This document shows, piece after piece, positions 41,211 to 49,834 of a DNA stretch of 64,000 bases. Numbering within the stretch: position 1 is the first letter of the stretch; each line of letters starts with the position of its first letter. The notes beneath the pieces were generated by a model. It ran no database searches. It saw nothing but the letters and a program-made list of their open reading frames with translations, and was not told where the DNA came from. This DNA comes from Hyphomicrobiaceae bacterium (GTDB lineage Bacteria; Pseudomonadota; Alphaproteobacteria; Rhizobiales; Hyphomicrobiaceae), in NCBI GenBank assembly GCA_046293075.1, contig JBKBPL010000002.1:82595-146594 (forward strand), read 5' to 3'. The position numbers and the translations under genes were made by a program.

Positions 41211-41229
41211 GGACCAAGGACAGTAAGCC

Positions 41230-41742
41230 ATGGACATCACCGGCGAGTACACGATTGGCGCCCCGCGCGATGTCGTCTGGGCAGCGCTCAACGATCCCGA
41301 GGTGCTGCGCCGGACCATTCCCGGCTGCAAGGAATTGGAGCAGCGCTCGCCGACGGATCTCGCGGCCAAGGTCGCGCTCAAGATCGGCCCCATCTCGGCG
41401 ACCTTCAACGGCACTGTAAGGCTTGAGAATCTTGATGCGCCTGCGTCGTACGAGATTGTCGGCCAGGGTCAGGGTGGTGCGGCGGGCTTTGCCAAGGGGC
41501 GGGCCCGCGTCGAGCTCTCCGAGATCGATGCAAGCACGACCAAGCTCGCCTACACGGCCAAGGCGGAGGTCGGCGGCAAGCTCGCGACGCTCGGCGGCCG
41601 TCTCATCCAGGCGACATCGAAGAAACTCGCCGACGAGTTTTTCGGCAACTTTGCCAGAGAGCTGAACGGCGAGAGCGAGGAGGCTGCCGCCGCCCCGGAA
41701 GCCAAGAAGCGCCGCTGGATGCGCTGGCTGCGACGCGCCTGA
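41230..41742 (+). CDS. CoxG-like SRPBCC-fold protein
   Basis: MDITGEYTIGAPRDVVWAALNDPEVLRRTIPGCKELE...AKVALKIGPISATFNG...GGKLATLGGRLI pattern, plus a basic C-terminal tail. Confidence 0.75.
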   Translation: MDITGEYTIGAPRDVVWAALNDPEVLRRTIPGCKELEQRSPTDLAAKVALKIGPISATFNGTVRLENLDAPASYEIVGQGQGGAAGFAKGRARVELSEIDASTTKLAYTAKAEVGGKLATLGGRLIQATSKKLADEFFGNFARELNGESEEAAAAPEAKKRRWMRWLRRA

Positions 41743-41804
41743 GCTTGCGCCGTCTGCAGGCGGTCGCCGCTCCCCCGCGCACCGCTCGGTGCTGGAGCTC
41801 TGCC

Positions 41805-43193
41805 ATGGACGCTGACGCACCCATCACGGATGACGAGATCCGCGCGCTCTTCGAGCCGGTGCTCACGGCGCCCGTCGCTCTTGCGGTGTCCGGCGGCGTC
41901 GACAGCATGGCACTCATGCACGTTGCCCAGCGCGCCCTTGCGCTGCTGCCGCCTTCACCGGGCACGTTGCAACATCCCGATCGGCCGCGCCTCATCGTGC
42001 TCACAGTGGACCACGGGCTGCGGCCGGGCTCTGCGGAGGATGCCGCCTGGGTTGCGGTACAGGCTGAGGCCGCGGGCCTGCCCTGCCGCGTCCTGACGTG
42101 GACCGGTGAGAAACCCACGCACGGCATTCAGGCGGCGGCGCGTGCGGCGCGCTATCACCTCATGCACGGCGCTCTCATCGAGGAAGCGCGGCCGTTTGGG
42201 GGCGTGGAGCGGAAGCTCCTTACGGCGCACCACTGCGAGGATCAGGCGGAGACTTTCCTCATGCGCCTGGCCCGCGGGAGCGGTATCGACGGCCTGAGCG
42301 CGATGCAGCGGGTCGCACGCATCCCGGCCGCGCCGGTGACGGACAGTGCGTGCGGCGCTGGAGTGACCGTCGTTCGCCCACTGCTCGATCTGCCGAAGTC
42401 GCGCCTGGTGGCGACGCTACGGGAAGCCGGCCTCGAATGGCGCGAGGATCCGAGCAACGAGCAGGCTGACTTCGAGCGCGTGCGCGTGCGCAAAGCACTT
42501 ACCTCCCTGTCGGACCTTGGGATCGCCAGTGAAGCGATTGCGCGCAGTGCCAAGAGGATCTCGCGCGCGCGTTCGGCCATTGAGCGGGCAGCCCGGGAGG
42601 CTGCCCACAAATGCGTCGCGTGGCACGACGGCCAGTTCGGATCTGTCCCGGTGGACGCGCTCTGCGATTTCTCGGAGGAAATCGCCATCCGCATTCTGAG
42701 GCTGCTGATCAGCGCCTACGGCGGCGAGGCGCCCGATCCACAACTCTCCGAGATCGAGCTTTTGGCCGAGCGCATCCGCGCGACCTCGGCGCGGCCTTGG
42801 CCGGCGCGGGCAGCGACGCTTGGCGGTTGCCGGTTGGATTGGCGGCCCGGTGGAGAGCTACGGGTGTGGCGCGAGGCGGGCCGCGTCGGGCTGCCGACGC
42901 TTCAGGTCCTGCCCGGGGATCAGGCGGTTGTGTGGGATCGTCGGTTTCTGCTCAGCGCCGCCGCTGAGCTGGATGGTCCGATCGAGGTCCGGGCGCTCGA
43001 TGCCGCCGGATGGCGTGCATTGAAGGCGGAGCGACCGGATCTCGGCAAACTCCGCCTGCCCCCCGGCGCCGCGACCACGCTGCCTGGATGCTGGCGCGGC
43101 AGTGTGCTCCTGGCGGTGCCGGGCCTGCCAGCGCCGTCATCGCCGCTGATCCGCGCCGAATTCCTGGGTGCGCGCGCGCGCCCCCTCATCTGA
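41805..43193 (+). CDS. tilS: tRNA(Ile)-lysidine synthetase
   Basis: PP-loop LAVSGGVDSMAL; ...TAHHCEDQAETFLMRLARGSG... Confidence 0.85.
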   Translation: MDADAPITDDEIRALFEPVLTAPVALAVSGGVDSMALMHVAQRALALLPPSPGTLQHPDRPRLIVLTVDHGLRPGSAEDAAWVAVQAEAAGLPCRVLTWTGEKPTHGIQAAARAARYHLMHGALIEEARPFGGVERKLLTAHHCEDQAETFLMRLARGSGIDGLSAMQRVARIPAAPVTDSACGAGVTVVRPLLDLPKSRLVATLREAGLEWREDPSNEQADFERVRVRKALTSLSDLGIASEAIARSAKRISRARSAIERAAREAAHKCVAWHDGQFGSVPVDALCDFSEEIAIRILRLLISAYGGEAPDPQLSEIELLAERIRATSARPWPARAATLGGCRLDWRPGGELRVWREAGRVGLPTLQVLPGDQAVVWDRRFLLSAAAELDGPIEVRALDAAGWRALKAERPDLGKLRLPPGAATTLPGCWRGSVLLAVPGLPAPSSPLIRAEFLGARARPLI

Positions 43194-43215
43194 GGCGCGG
43201 TCGCGCGGGGCGCCC

Positions 43216-43416
43216 CTACTCGAAATGCTTCTCGAAAGCCTTGGCGGCGGCCTTGCTGTGCTCGACGCCGCTCATGCGCAGGCGCTCATACTCGCGCCAC
43301 GCCGCCAAGCCGGCGCTGAGCGCCGAGGTGTACTCCTTGAAGCGGGCATAAAGGCCCGGCTTCTTTGCCTCCCCCGGCATGAAGTCGAGGGCGGCCTCGT
43401 AGGCTTTGCTGCTCAT
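43216..43416 (-). CDS. Hypothetical small protein (66 aa)
   Basis: MSSKAYEAALDFMPGEAKKPGLYARFKEYTSALSAGLAAWREYERLRMSGVEHSKAAAKAFEKHFE. AAGGA RBS 6 nt upstream. Its composition differs from the Arg/Pro-rich shadow ORF it is embedded in. Confidence 0.4.
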   Translation of the reverse strand: MSSKAYEAALDFMPGEAKKPGLYARFKEYTSALSAGLAAWREYERLRMSGVEHSKAAAKAFEKHFE

Positions 43417-43668
43417 GATGTCATCCTTATTGCCCGCGCGCCTTTTCCCGGCACGATCTGGTATGCAATATGCCGGGAATGCTGCGCCGCAGCAATAATG
43501 GTGCGCTGCGCAACGGCCATGCGCATATTGCATGGCGGCGCGATGAGGCCAGCCGCACGTCGAGATGCGCGGGCACCGACGAGGTGCACACGCCCTTGAT
43601 CGCGCCTCAGCTTTCATGATCCGATGAGCGCCGCACGCTACCAGAACAGTCGAGGGAGGAACGCCGGC

Positions 43669-44424
43669 ATGGCAACGAACAAGGTCGCGATCATCACCGG
43701 CGGCGGGACCGGGATCGGACGTGCAGCAGCCCTTCACCTCCAGGCCGACGGCTGGGACGTGGCGGTGGTTGGACGCCGCAAGGCCGAGCTCGAAGCCACC
43801 GTTGCCCTGGCCAAGCCCGGCGGCGGGCGGATGCTCGCGCTCCCCGGCGACGTGACCAGGCAGGAGGACGTGAAACGCATCTTCGCCGAAACGGTGAAGA
43901 CCTTCGGACGCCTGGATTTTCTGTTCAACAACGCGGGCAAGGGCCTCCCCGCGGGCCCGATGGAGGACATTGCGCTCGCGGACTGGCAGAGCGTCGTCGA
44001 CCTGAACCTTACGGCCTGCTTCATGTGCGCGCAGGAGGCGATCCGCCAGTTCAAGGCACAGTCGCCCCAGGGCGGGCGGATCGTGAACAACGGCTCGATC
44101 TCGGCGCACACGCCGCGGCCGATGTCGGTCGCCTACACGGCAACGAAGCATGCCATCACCGGCCTCACGAAGTGCATCGCGCTCGATGGGCGGCCCTTCA
44201 ATATTGCCTGCGGCCAGCTCGACATCGGCAATGCCGATACCGCCATGGGCGGGCGCATGAAGGCGGGCGTGCCGCAGGCGCGCGGTGACATTCAGCCCGA
44301 GCCGGTCATGGACGTTGAACACTGCGGCTCGGCGATCCGCTACATGGCGAGCCTGCCGCTTGAGGCGAACGTGCTCACCATGACCATCAAGGCCACGGCC
44401 ATGCCCTTTGAGGGGCGCGGATAG
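43669..44424 (+). CDS. Short-chain dehydrogenase/reductase (SDR)
   Basis: [14 protein letters not shown] cofactor motif, NNAG, and the YTATKHA catalytic YxxxK. Confidence 0.9.
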   Translation: MATNKVAIITGGGTGIGRAAALHLQADGWDVAVVGRRKAELEATVALAKPGGGRMLALPGDVTRQEDVKRIFAETVKTFGRLDFLFNNAGKGLPAGPMEDIALADWQSVVDLNLTACFMCAQEAIRQFKAQSPQGGRIVNNGSISAHTPRPMSVAYTATKHAITGLTKCIALDGRPFNIACGQLDIGNADTAMGGRMKAGVPQARGDIQPEPVMDVEHCGSAIRYMASLPLEANVLTMTIKATAMPFEGRG

Positions 44425-44463
44425 CGCGGGAAGCCCGCCCGCGTGCCTTCGGCGCAAACGGTG

Positions 44464-46068
44464 CTACGCGGCCCGAGCGTCCTCGCGGATCATGGCGGCG
44501 CCCTTCTCGGCGATCATGATGGTGGGCGCGTTGGTATTGCCGGTGGTGACGATCGGCATGATCGAGGCATCGATGACCCTTAGGCCGGCGAGCCCGCGCA
44601 CGCGCAGACGCGAGTCGACAACGGCCTGTGGATCCTCGCCCATGCGACATGTGCCGACGGGGTGATACAGCGTCCCGCCGGCCTTGCGCGCGAAGGCGGC
44701 GAGATCGGCATCGCTTACGACCTGCGGCCCCGGTACGGTCTCGCGGACGACATACGGCGCGAAGGCCGGCGCAGCAAAAATCCGCCGCGCGTATTTGAGG
44801 CCGGCGACCGAGACGGCGAGGTCGTTCTCCACTGCGAGGTAGTTCGGCCTGATGGCAGGACGCGCGAGCGGATCGGGTGAGGTTGCCATGATCGTGCCGC
44901 GGCTTTCGGGCCGTGCGATCGAGACGGCGATCGTCATGCCCGGCTGGCGCTCGAGCGTGCCGAACTTCTGCTCGTCGTAGCTGGCAGGCGAGAAGAGCAG
45001 TTGGATGTCAGGACTCGCGAGACCTTCGCGGCTGCGGCAGAAGACCTGGGCGCTCGACACGCCGAAGGTCAGCGCGCCGCGTCCTGTCATCACCCAGCGC
45101 GCGATCTCGCCCGCGAGCCGCACACCGCGCGAAAGCTGGTTGATGGAGAGGGCGCCGCGCACGCGCTGGGATATGCGCACGGCGTAGTGATCGGAGAGAT
45201 TGGCGCCGACGCCTGGGAGATCATGGCGCACGTCGATGCCGATCGACCTCAGATGGGCCGCAGGGCCGATGCCCGAGACCTGGAGCAGATGTGGCGAGTT
45301 GATTGTGCCGCCGGAGACGATGACCTCGCGGCGCGCCCGCACGGCGCGGTCGACACCCTTCTGGCGGAAGGTGACGCCCGTGCAGCGCCGGCCTTCCAGA
45401 ACGAGCCCGGTGGCCTGGGCATTGGTCTCGACGCGCAGGTTGGCGCGCCCGCGCGCTTCGGTAAGGAACGTGCGGGCAGTCGAGCCACGGAAGCGGCCGT
45501 TGCGCGACATCTGCGAATAGCCGACGCCCTCCATCTGCGCGCCGCTGAGGTCGGGCGTGAACGGAAAGCCCGCTTGTTGTGCCGCCTGCACGAAGAGGTG
45601 GGTGAGCGGGAGGATGGTGCGGTAGTCCTCGATGAGCAGTGGGCCGGACTTGCCGCGGTAGGTGCTGTCTCCAGGTGCGTAGCGCTCGATGCTCTTGAAG
45701 TATGGGAGCACATCCTCGTACGACCAGCCGCGGCAGCCGGCCTGCGCCCAGCCATCGTAGTCAGCCGCATTGCCGCGCACGAACAGCATCCCGTTGATCG
45801 AGCTCGATCCGCCGAGCACGCGCCCGCGCGGCCAGTGGATCTCGCGGTTGCCGGTCGCAGGCTCCGGCTCGCTCTTGTACATCCAGTTGACGCGGGGGTT
45901 GTAGAGGAGCTTCAGAACACCGGCCGGGATGTGGATCATCGGATGCCAGTCGGCGGGACCGGCTTCGAGCAGCACGACGCGGGCGCCATCGGCGCTCAGG
46001 CGATCGGCGAGGACGCAGCCAGCGGATCCCGCGCCGACGATGACATAGTCGGCCTCATCCTCGGCCAT
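44464..46068 (-). CDS. GMC-family FAD oxidoreductase (choline dehydrogenase-like)
   Basis: DYVIVGAGSAGCVLADRLS...GRVLGGSSSINGM...HPVGTCRMG...VIDASIMP. Confidence 0.9.
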   Translation of the reverse strand: MAEDEADYVIVGAGSAGCVLADRLSADGARVVLLEAGPADWHPMIHIPAGVLKLLYNPRVNWMYKSEPEPATGNREIHWPRGRVLGGSSSINGMLFVRGNAADYDGWAQAGCRGWSYEDVLPYFKSIERYAPGDSTYRGKSGPLLIEDYRTILPLTHLFVQAAQQAGFPFTPDLSGAQMEGVGYSQMSRNGRFRGSTARTFLTEARGRANLRVETNAQATGLVLEGRRCTGVTFRQKGVDRAVRARREVIVSGGTINSPHLLQVSGIGPAAHLRSIGIDVRHDLPGVGANLSDHYAVRISQRVRGALSINQLSRGVRLAGEIARWVMTGRGALTFGVSSAQVFCRSREGLASPDIQLLFSPASYDEQKFGTLERQPGMTIAVSIARPESRGTIMATSPDPLARPAIRPNYLAVENDLAVSVAGLKYARRIFAAPAFAPYVVRETVPGPQVVSDADLAAFARKAGGTLYHPVGTCRMGEDPQAVVDSRLRVRGLAGLRVIDASIMPIVTTGNTNAPTIMIAEKGAAMIREDARAA

Positions 46069-46196
46069 GGCCGCGCCCTCCCGTCCATCGCTATCGTTGG
46101 CGAGAAGTATGCAGCGGCAGGCCATGAGGGCAAAGCCGCCCGTTGAGGCGCCTTGCGCCTTCCGCAATCCGCCCTGCGGCGCAGGCAGGGCTAGCC

Positions 46197-46223
46197 TCTT
46201 GGGCCGCACATCTTGGGCCGCAC
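46197..46223. repeat. Tandem direct repeat TCTTGGGCCGCAC-a-TCTTGGGCCGCAC
   Basis: Two identical 13-mers with a 14-bp period, 130-155 nt upstream of the GMC oxidoreductase start codon. Confidence 0.6.
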
Positions 46224-46301
46224 GGCGCTTGGCTCCCGGGGAGGTCCTTCCCCGGACAGCAGCACCGCTCCCGGCCGCGCCCCTCGTGGGCCTGCCGGGC
46301 G

Positions 46302-46535
46302 CTAGCCGACCATGAGCGTCGGCCGATCCCCGTTGCGCAACCGATGCACGCGCCAGATGTCATCGCCGGATGCGCCGATGTCGCGGAGCAGGAAGTCGTC
46401 AAGTTCGCGCAAGCCGCGGACGCGTTCGCCGCTGATCAGGCGGCGCAACGTGGCGACGGCTCTGCTGGAGGGACGATGGGCCGAGATCTCGTTGGATAAA
46501 TCGGCCGCTTCTGCATTAGGTTTGCAATGCGCCAT
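46302..46535 (-). CDS. DUF1127 small protein
   Basis: 77 aa. The C-terminal half LRELDDFLLRDIGASGDDI is the DUF1127 signature (L.D..L.DIG....DI). Confidence 0.7.
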   Translation of the reverse strand: MAHCKPNAEAADLSNEISAHRPSSRAVATLRRLISGERVRGLRELDDFLLRDIGASGDDIWRVHRLRNGDRPTLMVG

Positions 46536-46592
46536 GATCGCTCTCGCATGAATCGGCTGTGAATGGGTTGGCGTTCCCGCGGAGCGCCAGGT

Positions 46593-46628
46593 GAAAAGAG
46601 AAAGGGCCGGCGCCCCAGGGCACCGGCC
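46593..46628 (-). terminator. Rho-independent terminator of the upstream DUF1127-like gene
   Basis: On the minus strand: GGCCGGUGCC-cugg-GGCGCCGGCC (10 bp including one G-U pair) followed by CUUUCUCUUUUC. Confidence 0.65.
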
Positions 46629-46654
46629 GCAAATGGTACTGCCTGGGTCTGGGA

Positions 46655-46918
46655 TCAGCTCCAGTACACAGCCTGGGTGAAGTGCTTCTCGCGCAGCTTC
46701 TCGATGTCCTCGCCGGTGAACCCGAGGTCCCTCAGACGCTCGTCGCTGAGCTTGGCGAGGTAGGGCTGCACCTGCAGCTCGGCGCGACGGACACGGGCTT
46801 CGATGAGCCGCTCCACGAACCGAGCCAGGAAGCCCGGCTTTGCAGACGCGGTTTCCGCGGTCGCCGTTTCGGCAGTGAAGCCGACTGGAGTTGTGGTTGT
46901 GGCCATGATCGCTCTCAT
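46655..46918 (-). CDS. DUF1127-like small protein
   Basis: 87 aa. LSDERLRDLGFTGEDI signature near the C-terminus, with a Thr/Ala-rich N-terminus. Confidence 0.6.
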   Translation of the reverse strand: MRAIMATTTTPVGFTAETATAETASAKPGFLARFVERLIEARVRRAELQVQPYLAKLSDERLRDLGFTGEDIEKLREKHFTQAVYWS

Positions 46919-47027
46919 CTCTGTTCAGTTATGGTGCGGTTGCCCGCGTTCTGTTTGCGTTTGCAGTGCCTTGCCCTCTCATTCGGGTCCATTGTGCGCT
47001 GCGACAAGCTCAACATAGTGAGTCCTT

Positions 47028-47086
47028 CGCATATGCGGTACCGCGGCCTGTCGGGCTCAGTTATGCGTAATTCGCATAGATATAAT
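47028..47086. promoter_or_regulatory. Palindromic operator candidates (CGCATATGCG; TATGCG-N5-CGCATA) abutting a perfect TATAAT hexamer
   Basis: 10-bp palindrome at 47028-47037. 6-bp arms at 47062-47067 and 47073-47078. TATAAT at 47081-47086 on the + strand, 99 nt before the pepP-like ATG. Confidence 0.4.
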
Positions 47087-47184
47087 CCTGATATCACAAT
47101 GAGTTATAATTCCGCCATGATTGGTGCGACGCACAATGACGACGCCGATTGCGTGGCGATCCCCCGCCGTCTAGTAAGGTGGTC

Positions 47185-49008
47185 ATGTTCCAGGATTTTT
47201 CCTCATCGGCGGACCCAGCGCTGGGGGCAGATCGGGTTGCGCGGCTCCGCGCGCGGCTCGCGCGCCTTGGCGTCGATGCTGTCCTCGTTCCCCGCTCCGA
47301 CGAGCATATGGGCGAGTATGTCCCGCCCTCGGCCGAGCGCTTGGCGTGGCTCACGGGTTTCACCGGCTCCGCGGGGCTCGCTGTCATCGCAGCAAGGAAG
47401 GCCGCGCTGTTCGTCGATGGCCGCTACACGCTGCAGGCGGCGGACCAGGTGGACACCTCAATCTTCGAGATCGTGCAGATCCCGGAGGCCGAGCCGCGCG
47501 ATTGGCTGGCGGCCAGGCTCCAAAAAGGTGCCCGCATCGGCTTCGATCCCTGGCTGCACACCCGCGCGGCCATCGCCCGGCTGGAGGAAGGGCTCGCCAA
47601 GGCCGGGCTCGTCCTCAAGGCGCTGGCGCGCAACCCTGTCGATCTGATCTGGGGCGCCGAGCGCCCGCCCCCGCCCCGCGGCGCGCTGACCGTCCAACCC
47701 CTTGAATGGGCGGGTGTGTCCGCTGCCGACAAGATCAAGTCCATTCAGAAGGAGCTCAAGACGGCCGGAGAGGACGCGGTGGTGCTGACGCTGCCCGACT
47801 CCATTGCCTGGCTCTTCAATGTGCGCGGCTCGGATGTGAAGCATAATCCGACCCCCCTCGCCTTTGCGGTCGTGCCGGCAGGCGGCAAGCCCGAACTCTT
47901 CATCGACAAGGCCAAGCTCAGCGCGGAGGTCAGGAAGCACCTGAGCCCTGTCGCGCACGCGCGCCCCCCCGAGGCCCTTGCCGACCGGCTCGCTGCGCTC
48001 CGTCACGAGAAGAAGCGCGTGCGGCTCGACACTGCGACCGCGAATATGTGGATCTGGCAGCGGCTCGGGGGCGCGCGCGCCAACATCAGCGATAAAGCCG
48101 ATCCCTGCGTGCTCCCCAAGGCCCGCAAGAACGACGCCGAGATCCGCGGCGCGCGCCTCGCGCACGAGCGTGACGGTGTCGCTGTCACCCGATTTCTCGC
48201 CTGGCTCGACCGCGAGGCCCCGCGCGGCGGCGTCGACGAGATCACGGCGGTGCGAACGCTCGAGGCCATGCGTGCCGAGACGCAGGCGCTCAAGGAGATC
48301 AGCTTCGACACGATCTCGGGCTCCGGACCGAATGGCGCGATTGTCCACTACCGTGTCACCGAAAGGACCAACCGCCATCTGCGCGTGGGCGAGCTCTTCC
48401 TGGTCGATTCGGGCGGTCAGTACATCGACGGCACCACCGACATCACGCGCACGGTCGCCATCGGCACGCCGACCGTCGAGATGCGCGACCGCTTCACGCG
48501 CGTGCTCAAGGGGCATATCGCGATCGCGGAGCTGCGCTTTCCGGCCGGCACGACGGGGGCCCACATCGACGCCTTCGCGCGCCATGCCCTATGGCAGGCC
48601 GGCTTCGATTTCGATCACGGCACGGGCCACGGCGTCGGCAGCTATCTCTCGGTGCATGAGGGCCCGCAGTCGATTTCGAAGCGCGGCCACGTCGTGCTCG
48701 AGCCCGGGATGATTCTTTCGAACGAGCCCGGCTACTATAAGACCGGCGCTTACGGCATCCGCATCGAGAACCTGCTCCTTGTGCACCCACCGGCGCCGAT
48801 TCCAGGCGGCGACCGGGAGATGCTCGGCTTCGAGACGCTGACGCTCGCGCCGATCGATAGACGGCTGATCGATCCGGCTTTGCTCAGCGCAGGCGAGCTT
48901 GCCTGGATCAACACCTATCATGCCCGCGTCGCCGCGGTCATCGGACCGCATCTCGGCGAGGCGGATCGTGCGTGGCTTGATCAGGCGACGGCGCCGATCA
49001 CGGAATAG
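47185..49008 (+). CDS. Xaa-Pro aminopeptidase (M24B, aminopeptidase P-like, three-domain form)
   Basis: LVPRSDEHMGEYVP..ERLAWLTGFTGSAG; metal ligands in LVDSGGQYIDGTTDITRT, HGTGHGVG, SNEPGYY, RIEN. Confidence 0.85.
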   Translation: MFQDFSSSADPALGADRVARLRARLARLGVDAVLVPRSDEHMGEYVPPSAERLAWLTGFTGSAGLAVIAARKAALFVDGRYTLQAADQVDTSIFEIVQIPEAEPRDWLAARLQKGARIGFDPWLHTRAAIARLEEGLAKAGLVLKALARNPVDLIWGAERPPPPRGALTVQPLEWAGVSAADKIKSIQKELKTAGEDAVVLTLPDSIAWLFNVRGSDVKHNPTPLAFAVVPAGGKPELFIDKAKLSAEVRKHLSPVAHARPPEALADRLAALRHEKKRVRLDTATANMWIWQRLGGARANISDKADPCVLPKARKNDAEIRGARLAHERDGVAVTRFLAWLDREAPRGGVDEITAVRTLEAMRAETQALKEISFDTISGSGPNGAIVHYRVTERTNRHLRVGELFLVDSGGQYIDGTTDITRTVAIGTPTVEMRDRFTRVLKGHIAIAELRFPAGTTGAHIDAFARHALWQAGFDFDHGTGHGVGSYLSVHEGPQSISKRGHVVLEPGMILSNEPGYYKTGAYGIRIENLLLVHPPAPIPGGDREMLGFETLTLAPIDRRLIDPALLSAGELAWINTYHARVAAVIGPHLGEADRAWLDQATAPITE

Positions 49009-49138
49009 CCTGCTCCCCTCTGAGGCCTTCGCGCAGAGAGGGATGAGGTCATTCGCGATCACTTTAGGCTTGGTAGCGGGCTGCTGGGGCAAACGGCCGC
49101 TTCTGCGACCGCCGAACAGCCACTAATATGCGCGTCCC

Positions 49139-49834
49139 ATGACGATCTGGCAGCGATTTCCGAACGTGGCTGCGGGGCTGGCGAAGGCCGGCTCGGTTGT
49201 TGCCTTCCTGCGCAATCTGGCAGGCGCCGGCCCGCCCGCCGATCCGCGCACCACGATCACCTTCACGATCGGCCTGATCGCCCTCTCCGCCAAGATGGCG
49301 AAATCCGATGGGGTCGTGACAACGGACGAGGTCGAGGCCTTTTCCCGGCTCATGCATGTGCCGCCGGAAGAGACCGATCGGGTCCGACAGGTCTTCGATC
49401 TCGCCAAGCAGGATGTCGCCGGCTACGACACCTATGCGCGCCAGATCGCCGAGGTGCTTGCCGGCGATCGGGGCTTGTTGCTGCAGGTACTTGAGGGGCT
49501 CTTCGTGGTTGCTGCCGCCGACGGCGTGCTGCACGAGCGCGAGGAGACTTATCTGAGGTCCGTCGCGGACATTTTCAGCATCTCGCCGAGCGACTTCCGC
49601 TACGTGCGTGCGCTCTTCGTGCGCGATACCGGCAATCCGTATGAGATCCTCGGCCTTTCTCCCTCCGCGAGCGAGGCCGAGATCAGGGCGCGCCATCGAA
49701 GGCTGGTGGTCCAGTACCATCCGGATAAGCTCTCCGGTCTTGGTGAAGGCACCGACCTTGTCGCCGCCGCCAATCGCAAGCTCGCGGCGATCAACGCGGC
49801 CTTCGATACCCTGCGCAAGGAGCGCGGCTTCTGA
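49139..49834 (+). CDS. DjlA-like co-chaperone (TerB-like domain + C-terminal J domain)
   Basis: LSAKMAKSDGVVTTDEVEAF...AAADGVLHEREETYL, then YEILGLSPSASEAEIRARHRRLVVQYHPDK. Confidence 0.75.
   Translation: MTIWQRFPNVAAGLAKAGSVVAFLRNLAGAGPPADPRTTITFTIGLIALSAKMAKSDGVVTTDEVEAFSRLMHVPPEETDRVRQVFDLAKQDVAGYDTYARQIAEVLAGDRGLLLQVLEGLFVVAAADGVLHEREETYLRSVADIFSISPSDFRYVRALFVRDTGNPYEILGLSPSASEAEIRARHRRLVVQYHPDKLSGLGEGTDLVAAANRKLAAINAAFDTLRKERGF

Noticed and set aside
41805-43193. tilS lies away from its usual alphaproteobacterial neighbours (the tol-pal/cpoB block upstream and ftsH downstream).
   Set aside because: This is only a synteny difference. The gene looks intact (PP-loop present) and nothing in the flanks suggests a mobile element.
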